Shown: positions 47,195 to 56,932 of the stretch, one piece after another
Position numbering within the stretch: the stretch's first letter is position 1
Layout: the number at the start of each line of letters is the position of its first letter
Source of the DNA: an uncultured Actinomycetota bacterium
GTDB lineage: Bacteria > Actinomycetota > Actinomycetes > JAHEKZ01
Reading direction: 5' to 3'
DNA: 64,000 nt
Assembly: GCA_963718235.1 (NCBI GenBank)
Contig: CAVQYR010000002.1
Coordinates: forward strand, 576,001-640,000
Program-made: the position numbers and the translations under genes
The notes under the pieces: generated by a model
Databases searched by the model: none
What the model saw: only the letters and a program-made list of their open reading frames with translations
Told to the model about the DNA's origin: nothing

Positions 47195-48775
47195 CTACGA
47201 CGCGGAGGGTGCTTCCTCCTCCGCCGCGTGCACGGCGACGGCACCGCGGTCGCGGCGGGTCGGTGCGCCGAGCACGAAGAAGAGCGCGCCGAGGGCCACG
47301 AAGACGAGCAGCGGGATCGCCTCGGTGAAGAAGTAGCTCCACTTCTCGCTCGCCAGCCAGTCGTCGGGTCGGAAGTCGTCACCGAACCACGCGACGCCGA
47401 AGCCTGGAGCCACCAGCTGGATCGAGGCGAAGACCACCAGCAGGGTCAGCCAGACCGACAGGAAGGGGGCCCAGGGGGCGCGGAACGAGCGTGGGTGGTC
47501 GGGGAACTTCACCCGCAGCCGCCACAGGGCCGGGAACACCCCGATGTAGGAGATCAGGGTGGTCGACACGGCGATGCCGAGGATCGCGCCGAAGTACTTC
47601 GCGGCGTTTCCGTTGCTGATCTCGTGGACCATGATCAGCACCACCGTCGACAGCACACCGGACAGCACGTTCACCCGCACCGGGGTTCCGAACCGCGGGC
47701 TGAACCGGCCGAGGTAGCGCGGCGCCGCACCGTCGTAGCCCGACACGGCCAGCGCCCGGTCTGAGCCCATGATCCAGGTCGTGCCGGACGAGAGCGCGCA
47801 CAGGATGAACAGGATCGCGGCGAAGTCGCCGAGCACAGCACCGGCACCGGTCAACGTCGCGGTTCCGTCACTGGCGATGTCGCCGCCGTAGATCGTGAAC
47901 ACCGACTTGATGGCGTCGATGAAGCCACCGAGGTTGGTGACCTGGTCGACGGGCAGGACCACCAGGATGCCGAGGACGGGGACGCCGTAGAGCAGGATCG
48001 CCACGATCGCGGACCGAAGGATCGAGTAGGGGACGTCCTTCTGCGAGTCCTTCATCTCGTCGCCGGCGGTGTTCGGCAGCTCGAAGCCGACCAGGCTGAA
48101 CATGATCAGGCCGATCAGCGCGACAAACCCGGCGTAGGAGATCTTGAAGTCGCCCGGGTGCACGCCGTTCACACCGTTCTGGATGGCGAAGATGATCACC
48201 GAGATCGTGAAGAAGCCCAGGAGCAGGAAACGGGCGAAGGCGCCGGAGATGGGGATCCACTTACCGACGGAGAACGACAGGATGGCCGAGAAGGTACCGA
48301 CCCAGATGAACACGAGCCCGAACAGGTAGAAGGCCCAGGTCGGCAGCGTGCCCCCGTCGTTGAAGAAGATCTCGTAGGTGGCGATCGACAGGGTGGCCAG
48401 CGTGCCGCCGAACCAGACCGGGTTGGTGATCCAGTAGAGGAAGTTGTTGACGGCGCCGACGAACCGCCCGAACGCGAGCCGTGCCCACAGGTACGGGCCG
48501 CCTTCTTCGGGGAATGCTGTGCCGAGCTCGGCGAACAACAGGCCGCTGGGGATGAAGAAGACGACACCGAGGATGAGCAGCCAGCTGAAGGCCTCGGCCC
48601 CGGAGGCGGCGATGGCGCCGATCGAGTCGACGCCGACCAGGGTGCAGATCGTGAACAGCAGGATCTCGCGGCGGCCGAAGTGGCGTTGGAGGTGACTGGT
48701 CTCCTCGACGGCATCGCTGGTGAGGTCGAGCTCACGGACCTCGGCGACGGTCGGGATGTGGGGGGCTTCACTCAT
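47195..48775 (-). CDS. APC family amino acid/amine permease
   Basis: AELGTAFPEEGGPYLW, GFELP, about 12 TM helices; ATGA overlap with the NUDIX gene stop. Confidence 0.92.
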   Translation of the reverse strand: MSEAPHIPTVAEVRELDLTSDAVEETSHLQRHFGRREILLFTICTLVGVDSIGAIAASGAEAFSWLLILGVVFFIPSGLLFAELGTAFPEEGGPYLWARLAFGRFVGAVNNFLYWITNPVWFGGTLATLSIATYEIFFNDGGTLPTWAFYLFGLVFIWVGTFSAILSFSVGKWIPISGAFARFLLLGFFTISVIIFAIQNGVNGVHPGDFKISYAGFVALIGLIMFSLVGFELPNTAGDEMKDSQKDVPYSILRSAIVAILLYGVPVLGILVVLPVDQVTNLGGFIDAIKSVFTIYGGDIASDGTATLTGAGAVLGDFAAILFILCALSSGTTWIMGSDRALAVSGYDGAAPRYLGRFSPRFGTPVRVNVLSGVLSTVVLIMVHEISNGNAAKYFGAILGIAVSTTLISYIGVFPALWRLRVKFPDHPRSFRAPWAPFLSVWLTLLVVFASIQLVAPGFGVAWFGDDFRPDDWLASEKWSYFFTEAIPLLVFVALGALFFVLGAPTRRDRGAVAVHAAEEEAPSAS

Positions 48776-49650
48776 GGTCGTGGACCGTAGCGCAGCCCGG
48801 GCTGTTCGAGCAGCCATTGGGGCGACTCTCTTCCCACGCCCTGCGGCAGTCTCGTCCGAAGGCCGTGGTCGCTGGTGACCACCGCGGTGGCCCCGGTGCT
48901 GACCAGCTCGATCGTGGTCGAGACGACCGTGTCGTCACCGCTGCCCGGGGCCGCGACGACTCGCAGCCACTCCGAACGGGTCGGTGCCGCTGGTCTGGCC
49001 GCTCCTTCGACCACTGCGACGACCTCACAGATCACGATCAGCTCACCAGACCCCGAGCGGGTGACCTGCCCACGTAACCCCGCGAGCTCCGCGAGCGCGG
49101 ACCTGGTCGCGCCCAGCCGGTCGCGCCACCAGCCCTGCTCCACGTAGCGGAACGGCTGCGTCCCGACCACATTCGCCAGGTCGACCACGAGCCGGGTGGG
49201 TGTCGCGGTCACCGACGGCCAGCTGCGCGCGAACCCGGGGTGCAGGTCGAGGACGGAGACGTCCGCGAGCGGGAGCCACCGCAGCTCGGCGCTCTCGTCG
49301 TTCGGCACGGTCGGCAGCGGATGCGTCGTGTGCGCCACCACGGTGTCGTAGCTCCACGTGCGGTGGTCCTCGCGCTGCACCTCGGCGACGACGACCTGAC
49401 CGGTGTCGATCGCGGTCTCCTCATGCGCCTCACGCAGCGCTGCGGTGCAGGCGTCCTCGTGGCTGTCGCGTGCGCCTCCGGGGATGCCCCACGTCCCACC
49501 GTTGTGAGTCCACTCGGCGCGGTGCTGCATCAGAACCTGGGCCTGGCCGTTGTCGTCGACGGTGTAGAGGAGCAGCCCAGCAGCGCCATGCCGGCCCCAG
49601 TGCCGGTGTCCCTCGGCGCACTCGACCCAGCCGTTGCCGTCGCCCCTCAT
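48772..49650 (-). CDS. NUDIX hydrolase (MutT3-like) fused to a PIN/NYN-like domain
   Basis: GDGNGWV...WGRHGAAGLL and Nudix box GGARDSHEDACTAALREAHEE; C-half has VVDLANV, GSGDD, VVTSDHGLR. Confidence 0.85.
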   Translation of the reverse strand: MRGDGNGWVECAEGHRHWGRHGAAGLLLYTVDDNGQAQVLMQHRAEWTHNGGTWGIPGGARDSHEDACTAALREAHEETAIDTGQVVVAEVQREDHRTWSYDTVVAHTTHPLPTVPNDESAELRWLPLADVSVLDLHPGFARSWPSVTATPTRLVVDLANVVGTQPFRYVEQGWWRDRLGATRSALAELAGLRGQVTRSGSGELIVICEVVAVVEGAARPAAPTRSEWLRVVAAPGSGDDTVVSTTIELVSTGATAVVTSDHGLRTRLPQGVGRESPQWLLEQPGLRYGPRP

Positions 49651-49729
49651 ACGTCGTGGGTACCACGGAGCGAGCGCGGCCGCAGCCCTCGGGGCAGGCT
49701 CGAGTGCAGCCCGCGGTCGTGGCAGCGGG

Positions 49730-50692
49730 TCAGTGAGCGGTCGTGGGGATCTGGCCCATGCGCCCGGCCTGGAAGTCCTCCAGGGCCGCGATGATCTCGG
49801 CCTTGGTGTTCATGACGAAGGGGCCGTAGTGCTCGATCGGCTCGCGAATGGGGCGACCGCCGAGGAGCAGCACGTCCATGGCGGGGGCCGATGGGTCCTG
49901 GGAGCCGTCGGCCTGGACGGTCAGCGCGTCGCCGGGACCGAACACGGCCATCTGGCCCTCGCCGAGTGGCGCCCCCTCCGCACCGGCGCTGCCCTGGCCG
50001 GCGAGCACGTAGACCAACGCGTTGAAGTCGGGCTCCCAGGGAACCTGCAGCTGGGCGCCAGCCTGGATGGTCGCGTGCGCGTAGGTGATCGGCGTCCAGG
50101 TGACGCCGGGGCCTCGCTGACCAGCCAGGTCGCCGGCGATGAGCCGCACGAGCGCGCCACCGTCGTCGCTGGCCAGGAGGGCGACGTTTCCGCGACCGAT
50201 GTCCTGGTAGCGGGGGGCGGTCATCTTGTCGGTGCTCGGCAGGTTCACCCACAGCTGGATGCCGTGGAACAGCCCGCCCGACATCACGAGGGACTCAGGG
50301 GGGGTCTCGATGTGGAGCAGCCCGCTGCCGGCGGTCATCCACTGCGTGTCGCCGTCGGCGATGTAGCCGCCCCCGCCAGTGGAGTCCTGGTGCTGGAAGG
50401 CCCCGTCGATGATGTAGGTGACGGTCTCGAAGCCACGGTGCGGGTGCCAGGGCGTTCCCTTCGGCTCACCGGGGGCGTACTCGACGGCCCCCATGTGGTC
50501 CAGGAGCAGGAACGGGTCGGTCACGCTCAGCGCGGTGCGCCCGGGGAAGGGGCGGCGGACCGGGAAGCCCTCGCCCTCGAGGGTGGCGATGGCCGTGACC
50601 ACCCCAGCCACGGGACGCTGGGTCGCCACTGCGGCGTCCGGACGTGGGATGCGGGGCAGCACCATCAGGTCGTCGGGTGTCACGGCGGGCAT
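49730..50692 (-). CDS. Pirin family protein
   Basis: EGEGFPVRR, DPFLLLDH, HPHRGFETVTY, H.E, QLWVNLP, YGPFVMNT. Confidence 0.95.
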   Translation of the reverse strand: MPAVTPDDLMVLPRIPRPDAAVATQRPVAGVVTAIATLEGEGFPVRRPFPGRTALSVTDPFLLLDHMGAVEYAPGEPKGTPWHPHRGFETVTYIIDGAFQHQDSTGGGGYIADGDTQWMTAGSGLLHIETPPESLVMSGGLFHGIQLWVNLPSTDKMTAPRYQDIGRGNVALLASDDGGALVRLIAGDLAGQRGPGVTWTPITYAHATIQAGAQLQVPWEPDFNALVYVLAGQGSAGAEGAPLGEGQMAVFGPGDALTVQADGSQDPSAPAMDVLLLGGRPIREPIEHYGPFVMNTKAEIIAALEDFQAGRMGQIPTTAH

Positions 50693-50803
50693 CGGGGTCA
50701 CCTCGGTCGGCGTCGTGGATGTTGAGAAGACAACGAATCCCGGCTGCGGCTGATTCCGGTCGGCCCTGCCGCTGGACGATCGGCTGCCCCTACCGTGGGG
50801 ATC

Positions 50804-52099
50804 ATGGACGCGAACCCACGCGACCGCTACCTGGACCTGTTGCGGGGTGCCAGCATCGTGGCGGTGGTCGTGGGCCACTGGCTCGTGGCCGACCTGTACT
50901 ACGCGGGCGGGCAGCTCGGGCTGCACAGCTCATTGGCCGAGGTGCCCCAGATGTGGCCGTTGACCTGGGTCTTCCAGGTCATCCCGGTGTTCTTCTTCGT
51001 GGCCGGGGCGGTGAACGGGCCGAGCTGGCAGCGAGGACAGGCGCGAGGCTCGGGGTATGCCGCGTTCGTCACCCGGCGGGTGCACCGGGTGCTGGTCCCG
51101 ACCCTCGTCGCGGTGTCGGTGATCGCCGTCGTGTCCGCGCTGCTGCAGTGGTCCGGGGGCGGTGGAGTGGCCGGTGGTGGGGCGATGCTGCTCCAGCCGC
51201 TGTGGTTCCTCGCGGTGTACCTGGCCCTGATCGCCCTGACGCCGTGGACCTGGGCCGCGTACCGACGTCTCGGGAACTGGCTGCTGCTCGTCCTCCTCGT
51301 GGTGGTGGTTCTGGCCGACGTCGGTCGGGTCGGTCTCGGGCACGAGTCCACCGGGTACGTGAACGTCGTGGTCGTGTGGCTGTTCGTCTACGTGCTCGGG
51401 TTCTCCTTCGCCCAGTCCTGGCTGACCCGACGGCGTGCCGCGGCACTGGCCACGGTCGGCGCAGTCGCTCTGGTCGCCCTGGTCACGGTGGGTCCCTACC
51501 CGACCCGGATGGTGGGGATCCCCGGGGACCGCCTGAGCAACATGCACCCGCCGACCCTGGCGATCCTCGCCCTGGCCGGGGCCCAGATCGGTCTGCTGGT
51601 CGTGCTGCGGCCGCTGCTGACCCGGTGGCTGCAGGGGCCTCGGGTGTGGTTCGCGGTGGTGTGGCTCAACCTGTCGATCATGACTCTGTACCTCTGGCAC
51701 CAGTTCGCGATGGTGACCGCAGCGCGCCTCCTGCTGGCCGCCGGCGTGCCCCAGCCTGAGCCCGGCACTGCCACGTGGTGGCTCATGCGGGTGGCGTGGG
51801 TCGTGCTGGCCGGCCTCGTGCTGCTGGCACTCGTCCTGGTGTTCGGGCGGTTCGAGCGACGTCCTGCCCCACCTGCCCCCGAACCGTCGACGGCGGCGAA
51901 CGTCGCTGCAACCGCCGTGGTCGGCCTCCTGTTCGCCGGGCTGCTGGGTCTCGCCGGGACTCGGGTCACCGAGATCGCCGAGGTGCAGCGCCCGCTGGGG
52001 ATCCCCCTCAGCCCGCTCATGGCGCTGGGGCTGATCTGGCTGGCCGCGCTGGTCCTGCGGCTGAGCCGAGGCCTGCCGATTGCGGCGAGGTCGGTCTAG
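50804..52099 (+). CDS. Acyltransferase 3 family membrane protein
   Basis: RDRYLDLLR...VVVGHW, FQVIPVFF, LWFL.VY, SN..PP, MTLYLWH. Confidence 0.88.
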   Translation: MDANPRDRYLDLLRGASIVAVVVGHWLVADLYYAGGQLGLHSSLAEVPQMWPLTWVFQVIPVFFFVAGAVNGPSWQRGQARGSGYAAFVTRRVHRVLVPTLVAVSVIAVVSALLQWSGGGGVAGGGAMLLQPLWFLAVYLALIALTPWTWAAYRRLGNWLLLVLLVVVVLADVGRVGLGHESTGYVNVVVVWLFVYVLGFSFAQSWLTRRRAAALATVGAVALVALVTVGPYPTRMVGIPGDRLSNMHPPTLAILALAGAQIGLLVVLRPLLTRWLQGPRVWFAVVWLNLSIMTLYLWHQFAMVTAARLLLAAGVPQPEPGTATWWLMRVAWVVLAGLVLLALVLVFGRFERRPAPPAPEPSTAANVAATAVVGLLFAGLLGLAGTRVTEIAEVQRPLGIPLSPLMALGLIWLAALVLRLSRGLPIAARSV

Positions 52100-52101
52100 G
52101 C

Positions 52102-52755
52102 CTACCGGCCGACTCCCGCGGTGTGGTGGTCGTCGTTGTACCGACGCAGCTCCCACTCAGGGGGTGAGCTGTCGTCGCTGTGGTGACCCACCCACTCGGT
52201 CAACGCCGTGTGCCGGGTGCGAAACGTCGTGCGCGGAGGTTCCAGCCAGGTTCCTCGCCCCCAGCCGCTCATCGCCAGGTCGATCACCCCGCCGTGGGTG
52301 AACACGATGACCGAACGGCCCCGTTCGCGACGGGCGAGCCGGTCGAGCGCGTGCCCTACCCGGAAGGCGAAGTCCGCGTAGCTCTCGGTCTGGGGGCTCG
52401 GGCGGTCGAACAGACCCTCGCCGGTGACCAGTCGGTCCCAGGCCGCCTCGATCTCGGCGAACGTCACGTCGGAGACCTCCTCGCCGATCCGCCACTCCTG
52501 CAGCTCGGGGTCGGCCTCGACCGGCACGCCCAACGCGGGCGCCACGATCTGCGCCGTCTGCCACGCCCGAGGGAAGGTGCTGGCGACCACGGTGTCCGCG
52601 TGCAGCTCGCGGGTCGAGGCCAACCGGTCGTGCAGGGCCCGGGCCTGCGCCACCCCACGGTCGGTCAACCCCTCGGTGTCGAGCAGCGCCGGGCCGTCGG
52701 TGGCGAGGTTGACATGGGCCTCGCCGTGGCGCACGAGGACGATCCGGGTCTGCAC
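52102..52755 (-). CDS. Histidine phosphatase family protein
   Basis: LVRHGE, LT..G..QA, RAWQTA, FTHGG. Confidence 0.9.
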   Translation of the reverse strand: MQTRIVLVRHGEAHVNLATDGPALLDTEGLTDRGVAQARALHDRLASTRELHADTVVASTFPRAWQTAQIVAPALGVPVEADPELQEWRIGEEVSDVTFAEIEAAWDRLVTGEGLFDRPSPQTESYADFAFRVGHALDRLARRERGRSVIVFTHGGVIDLAMSGWGRGTWLEPPRTTFRTRHTALTEWVGHHSDDSSPPEWELRRYNDDHHTAGVGR

Positions 52756-52777
52756 CGCGCCAGCCTAGGCGCTGCGC

Positions 52778-53518
52778 TCACTCCGGTACGAACCCCTGGT
52801 CGAGCTGCCACGGTCGTACCGGTGAGTTCTCGATGAGCCATGTCTCGAGCTCCTTCATGACTCCGGTGAGCACCAGGAGACCGACCACGACGAAGGCAGC
52901 CCCCACCGTGCGTCGTACCCATCCGTGCGGGTCGGCAGCCCACCCGAGCCTGCGCACGGCGGACTGTCCCGCGACCGCGATCACCAGCAGCGTGCCGCAC
53001 AGGCCGACGGCGTAGGCCACGAGCAGCAGCAGCCCGTACGCGGCGTCGGCCGGCAGCACGGTCACGACCACGTAGCCGTAGAGCGGGCTGCAGCTCGTGA
53101 AGACCGGACCCAGCGCTGCGCCGGTGAGGATGTCACCGGTCACGCCACCTCGACGGCGGGCCGCGCTCATCCGGGCGCTGCTGCGGGCCTGGAGCCCGAG
53201 CCGGACGCTGACCGCGTCCCACGTCTGGGGGAAGAGGGCGGCGAGCCCGAGGGCGACCAGCAGACCGCCACTGACCCACTGCCACACCTGCGGAGGTACT
53301 CCGATGAGCGCGGTGCTCGCTTTGAGGAGCAACGTGAAGACGACCACCGACAGTCCCAGCGACGCGACGATGACCGCCGGCCCCCGCCAGCGTCGCGCGG
53401 CCGGGTCGTCGACGGCGTCGCCGATGCTTCCCCCGACGATCACGGGGAGGAGCGGGAGGACGCAGGGTGCAAGCGTGGTCAGCGCGCCGGCCACCAGCGC
53501 ACCGAGTACGGCGAGCAC
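52778..53518 (-). CDS. ccdA: CcdA / DsbD-beta transmembrane thiol-disulfide transporter
   Basis: PCVLPLLP and FTSCSP Cys pair, about six TM helices. Confidence 0.88.
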   Translation of the reverse strand: MLAVLGALVAGALTTLAPCVLPLLPVIVGGSIGDAVDDPAARRWRGPAVIVASLGLSVVVFTLLLKASTALIGVPPQVWQWVSGGLLVALGLAALFPQTWDAVSVRLGLQARSSARMSAARRRGGVTGDILTGAALGPVFTSCSPLYGYVVVTVLPADAAYGLLLLVAYAVGLCGTLLVIAVAGQSAVRRLGWAADPHGWVRRTVGAAFVVVGLLVLTGVMKELETWLIENSPVRPWQLDQGFVPE

Positions 53519-53521
53519 GAC

Positions 53522-54028
53522 CTACTGGACCTGGTCGGCGATCTCCGCGGCGGACGTCGACCCGGACCACTTGGCGAGCTGACCGCCGTCGGCGTCGACC
53601 TGGACGAACGTGTGCTGAACGGTCACGCCGTACTTCTGGCGCAGCTCGGTCATGCTGTCGAAGTCGGTCTTGACGATGGTCAGGCCGTCGGGCACCGGCT
53701 GGCTGGTCAGGTTCGCCTCCGCGGCCTGGCAGGTGGGGCACCAGCCGGCGTGGAAGAACAGGACCACGTCTCCTCCGCGGTCGAAGGTCGCGGGGTCGCC
53801 TCGGTAGTCGTCGTAGTCGATGTAGGACCCGGGGATGGCTGAGGCGGTCGCAGGCGGCTTCGACTTCGTGGTGTCCGTGGTGGTCGACTCGGCCGGAGCC
53901 GGGCTCGACGACACCGGGTCGCTCGAGTCGGAACCGGTACTCGTGCCGGCGCCGCCACATCCCGCCAGCAGCAGGACGGCGAGTGCGGCTGCGGACGCCG
54001 CAGCGGGAAGACGGGTCGCGCGGTTCAT
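53522..54028 (-). CDS. Thioredoxin-family lipoprotein
   Basis: Lipobox LAGC, Ser/Thr linker, FFHAGWCPTC, KYGVTVQHT. Confidence 0.9.
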   Translation of the reverse strand: MNRATRLPAAASAAALAVLLLAGCGGAGTSTGSDSSDPVSSSPAPAESTTTDTTKSKPPATASAIPGSYIDYDDYRGDPATFDRGGDVVLFFHAGWCPTCQAAEANLTSQPVPDGLTIVKTDFDSMTELRQKYGVTVQHTFVQVDADGGQLAKWSGSTSAAEIADQVQ

Positions 54029-54202
54029 GGTGCTCCTGCCTGAGAAGTCGGGGCCTGAGGCCCATTGGATCCCAGGTCCGGCCCGTTGGCGCGTCCGCCC
54101 AGCCGTTCGTCACGGCTTCGTAAGGGCTGCGTCCACCGGCGGGTCAGGTGATGTTCACCTTCTGGCCGATCGCGATTCACCTGCGACTCCTAGCGTCCGA
54201 GC

Positions 54203-54796
54203 ATGGACCGGTTGCCCGACGTCGGATCGGGTTTCGGCGTGCCGCAGGTCGTCGAGGCCTCACTCCTGGTGGCTGAGCTCTTCGGCCCCGACTCGCCCCG
54301 CTACCACCACATGCGCGGGGCAGCGCGGTTCGCCGGCGAGGCTGCTCGGGTCCTCGCGCCCGACGACGCCGACCTGGTGACCGCGGCCGTGTGGCTGCAT
54401 GACATCGGCTATGCCGTCCCGCACCACGGCTTCCACTCCGTCGACGGCGCCGAGTTCCTGCTTCGGGCCGGCTGGCCACCACGGCTCGCCGCCCTGGTGG
54501 CCCACCACTCGTTCGCCGCGGTCGTGGCCCCCGCCGCAGGGATGACCGAGCCCCTGGCCCGGTTCCCCGACGAAGGCGGACTCCTGCCCGACCTGGTGGT
54601 CTACGGCGACATGGCCGTCGACGCCGATGGACATCCGGTGTGCCTGGCCGAGCGCTTCGCCGGGATCCGTGAACGCCATCCGAGTGGTACCCCCAACGGA
54701 CTGGTCCAGGTCCAGCGTGAGCGCCTCATCGTCGAGGCCGTGGACCGGGTGGAGCGTGCCCTGGACCACGCCCTGCGGATTCCGGTCTCGGCCTAG
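54203..54796 (+). CDS. HD domain metal-dependent phosphohydrolase
   Basis: RYHH, WLHDIGY, FHSVDGA, VAHHS, YGDM; TAGCGT 6 nt before the ATG. Confidence 0.85.
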   Translation: MDRLPDVGSGFGVPQVVEASLLVAELFGPDSPRYHHMRGAARFAGEAARVLAPDDADLVTAAVWLHDIGYAVPHHGFHSVDGAEFLLRAGWPPRLAALVAHHSFAAVVAPAAGMTEPLARFPDEGGLLPDLVVYGDMAVDADGHPVCLAERFAGIRERHPSGTPNGLVQVQRERLIVEAVDRVERALDHALRIPVSA

Positions 54797-55917
54797 CCGC
54801 CCAGGGCCTTCTCCACCTCGGCCACCAGCGCGTCGGCCCGGGTGTGGTCACCCAGGGCTCGGGTCACGTAGGCGAAGGCGTAGCCCTTGTCGAGGGAGGC
54901 GAACCCGACACTTCCCCCGATTCCGCCCAGTCCGACGTCGGCGCCGTCTCGCTGCATCGCGGTGGTCCAGGACACGTCCCGTTCGAGAGTACGGTCCCAC
55001 CCCTCGACCTGGGGCTCGACCAGGCTGGCGAACCCCCGGTGGCCGAGCAGGCGAGCGAGGTCGCTGTCGCTGCGCAGCAGCTGGTCGTACAGCCCCAGGA
55101 CGCCCCGTGCCGAGGCGTGCATGCCGATGGCGGGAAACTCGGTCTGTCGCCACCGCCGGTGGTTCAGCACGGTCACCTCCAGGGCACCAGGGGGCCGGGT
55201 CAGCGCACGGTGGCGAAGCGTCCCGGAGGGCCCGGCGATGTCCTGCGGCCACAGCGGCGACCGGTACTCGAGATCGGCGACCCGGTCGAGCTGCTCGAGG
55301 GGGACCCCGAACCAGGCGTCCCAGCCCATCGGCCGGGCCACCCGCGTGCGGAACACCTCGCCAAGGCTCTGACCCGCGACCGCCCGGACGACGCCGTCGA
55401 GCAGGTGACCGTAGGTCAGAGCGTGCTCGCCATGGGCTGTGCCGGGTGACCACAGCGGCTCAGCACCGGCCAACCAGGTGGTCAGCACGTCGTGGTCCAT
55501 GAGGTCGGAAGACGTCAGCGACCCGCCGAAGGCGGGCAGTCCGGCCTGGTGGGTGAGCAGGTGACCCACGGTCGTCGACTCCTTGCCCGCGCACCCGTAC
55601 CCAGGCCACACGTCACCGACCCTCGTGTCGAGGGAGACGAGCCCGTCGTGGACGAGCAGCAGGAGGGTGAGCGCGGCGTACGGCTTGCTCACCGAGTAGG
55701 TGTGCACGAGCGTGTCGGGCTGCCACAGCCGGGACCGGCGTGAGTCGGCCCACCCGCCCACCAGGTCGACGACCACGGCTCCGCCGACCGACACGGCCAG
55801 CGCCGCGCCGGTCTCACTGCCCTCGTGGAGCGAAGCCTCGAACCGCCCCCGGACACCGCCGAAGCCCGCAGCCGTGTGGCCCCTGACGGAGTCGGTCGAC
55901 CCCCCCTTGGCATCCAC
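54793..55917 (-). CDS. Serine hydrolase (beta-lactamase fold, family VIII esterase-like)
   Basis: YSVSK (SxxK), LLTHQAGL, PG..HGEHA.TYG, GIGGS; start approximate. Confidence 0.88.
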   Translation of the reverse strand: MDAKGGSTDSVRGHTAAGFGGVRGRFEASLHEGSETGAALAVSVGGAVVVDLVGGWADSRRSRLWQPDTLVHTYSVSKPYAALTLLLLVHDGLVSLDTRVGDVWPGYGCAGKESTTVGHLLTHQAGLPAFGGSLTSSDLMDHDVLTTWLAGAEPLWSPGTAHGEHALTYGHLLDGVVRAVAGQSLGEVFRTRVARPMGWDAWFGVPLEQLDRVADLEYRSPLWPQDIAGPSGTLRHRALTRPPGALEVTVLNHRRWRQTEFPAIGMHASARGVLGLYDQLLRSDSDLARLLGHRGFASLVEPQVEGWDRTLERDVSWTTAMQRDGADVGLGGIGGSVGFASLDKGYAFAYVTRALGDHTRADALVAEVEKALGG

Positions 55918-55954
55918 GGCTCCATGACACCACGAACGGGCAAGGGGGGCCGGG

Positions 55955-56890
55955 TCAGCGACCTGGTGTCGCGCTCCAGACAAGATGCGGCTTCATCGCG
56001 CGACTCGTCCCGACGACGCCGTCGTGGTCGACCCACAGCGCCGCCAGCCCGACGTCGTCCGCGCGGGCCCGGATCCGGCCCCTGCCGGTGACGAACAGCA
56101 CCTTGCTCCAGACCTCCGCCGTCGCCGCGTCGTCGGCGATGACCGTGACCGCGACGAGGCCCGAACGCGCCGGGGCGTCGGTCCGTGGGTCGATCAGGTG
56201 GTGCACGTCGGACTCGCCGGCCCGCCAGCGTCTGATCCGGGTCGACGAGGTCGCGCATGCGGTGTCGTTCACCGCGAGCACGGCCACCGGCTCGGAGCCT
56301 CCTCGGGGGTCCTCGACGCCGACCCGCCACCCGTCGCCCTCCGGCCCTCCGCCCAGCGTCTGCAGGTCGCCCCCGGCCTCGACCAGCGCCGCCCGACCGG
56401 CACCGCGCAGCCGGTCGGCGGCCCACCGACAGGCCAGGCCCTTGCCGATCCCGCCGAGGTCGACCGGTTCACGACCCAGCAGGACGGCTGCGCGTCCTAC
56501 GTCGAAGCGAGGCTTCCACCCGCGTCGGCGCGTCGCTCGCTCGGTCGGCGCAGCGGCCCTTGGCACCGACACCGACCCCTGGGCGAACGGCAGGGTCTTG
56601 TCATAGCCCAGGGCGCTGAGGGTCTGGAGCACCCGGGGGTCGAACAACCCGTCGGTCAACACGTATGCGTCGCGGGCCGCGACGAGGGCGTCGAAGCACT
56701 CGACCGGCACCGTGTGCCACTGCTTCGGCGCCGCGTTGGCCCTCATGAGCGGACTGTCCGGGTCGAAGCGGGTGCACGCGCGCTCGACCCGGACGAACAC
56801 GTCCTGGGCTGCTCCTAGCGCCTCCGCTGCGGTCGCGCCCGGGTCCAGGACCCGCAGCGTCACGTCGGTGGCCATCGCGCGAAAGGTCAC
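55955..56890 (-). CDS. apbE: FAD:protein FMN transferase (ApbE family)
   Basis: FRAMAT, TRF.PDS.L...N, TDGLFDP, DLGGIGKG, AGGDL, ATSS, HHLIDPRT, AEVWSK; the true start may be GTG 56936 if one G is an error. Confidence 0.93.
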   Translation of the reverse strand: MTFRAMATDVTLRVLDPGATAAEALGAAQDVFVRVERACTRFDPDSPLMRANAAPKQWHTVPVECFDALVAARDAYVLTDGLFDPRVLQTLSALGYDKTLPFAQGSVSVPRAAAPTERATRRRGWKPRFDVGRAAVLLGREPVDLGGIGKGLACRWAADRLRGAGRAALVEAGGDLQTLGGGPEGDGWRVGVEDPRGGSEPVAVLAVNDTACATSSTRIRRWRAGESDVHHLIDPRTDAPARSGLVAVTVIADDAATAEVWSKVLFVTGRGRIRARADDVGLAALWVDHDGVVGTSRAMKPHLVWSATPGR

Positions 56891-56932
56891 GACCCGTTCG
56901 CTCGACCGCCGACTCCACGCCGCTCACCCCGG

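Noticed and set aside
54203-54796. HD protein as marker of an integrated mobile element
   Set aside because: No integrase, att repeats, tRNA or transfer genes nearby.
54793-55917. Beta-lactam resistance gene
   Set aside because: SxxK plus LLTHxAGL fits family VIII esterases; no signal peptide or KTG motif seen.
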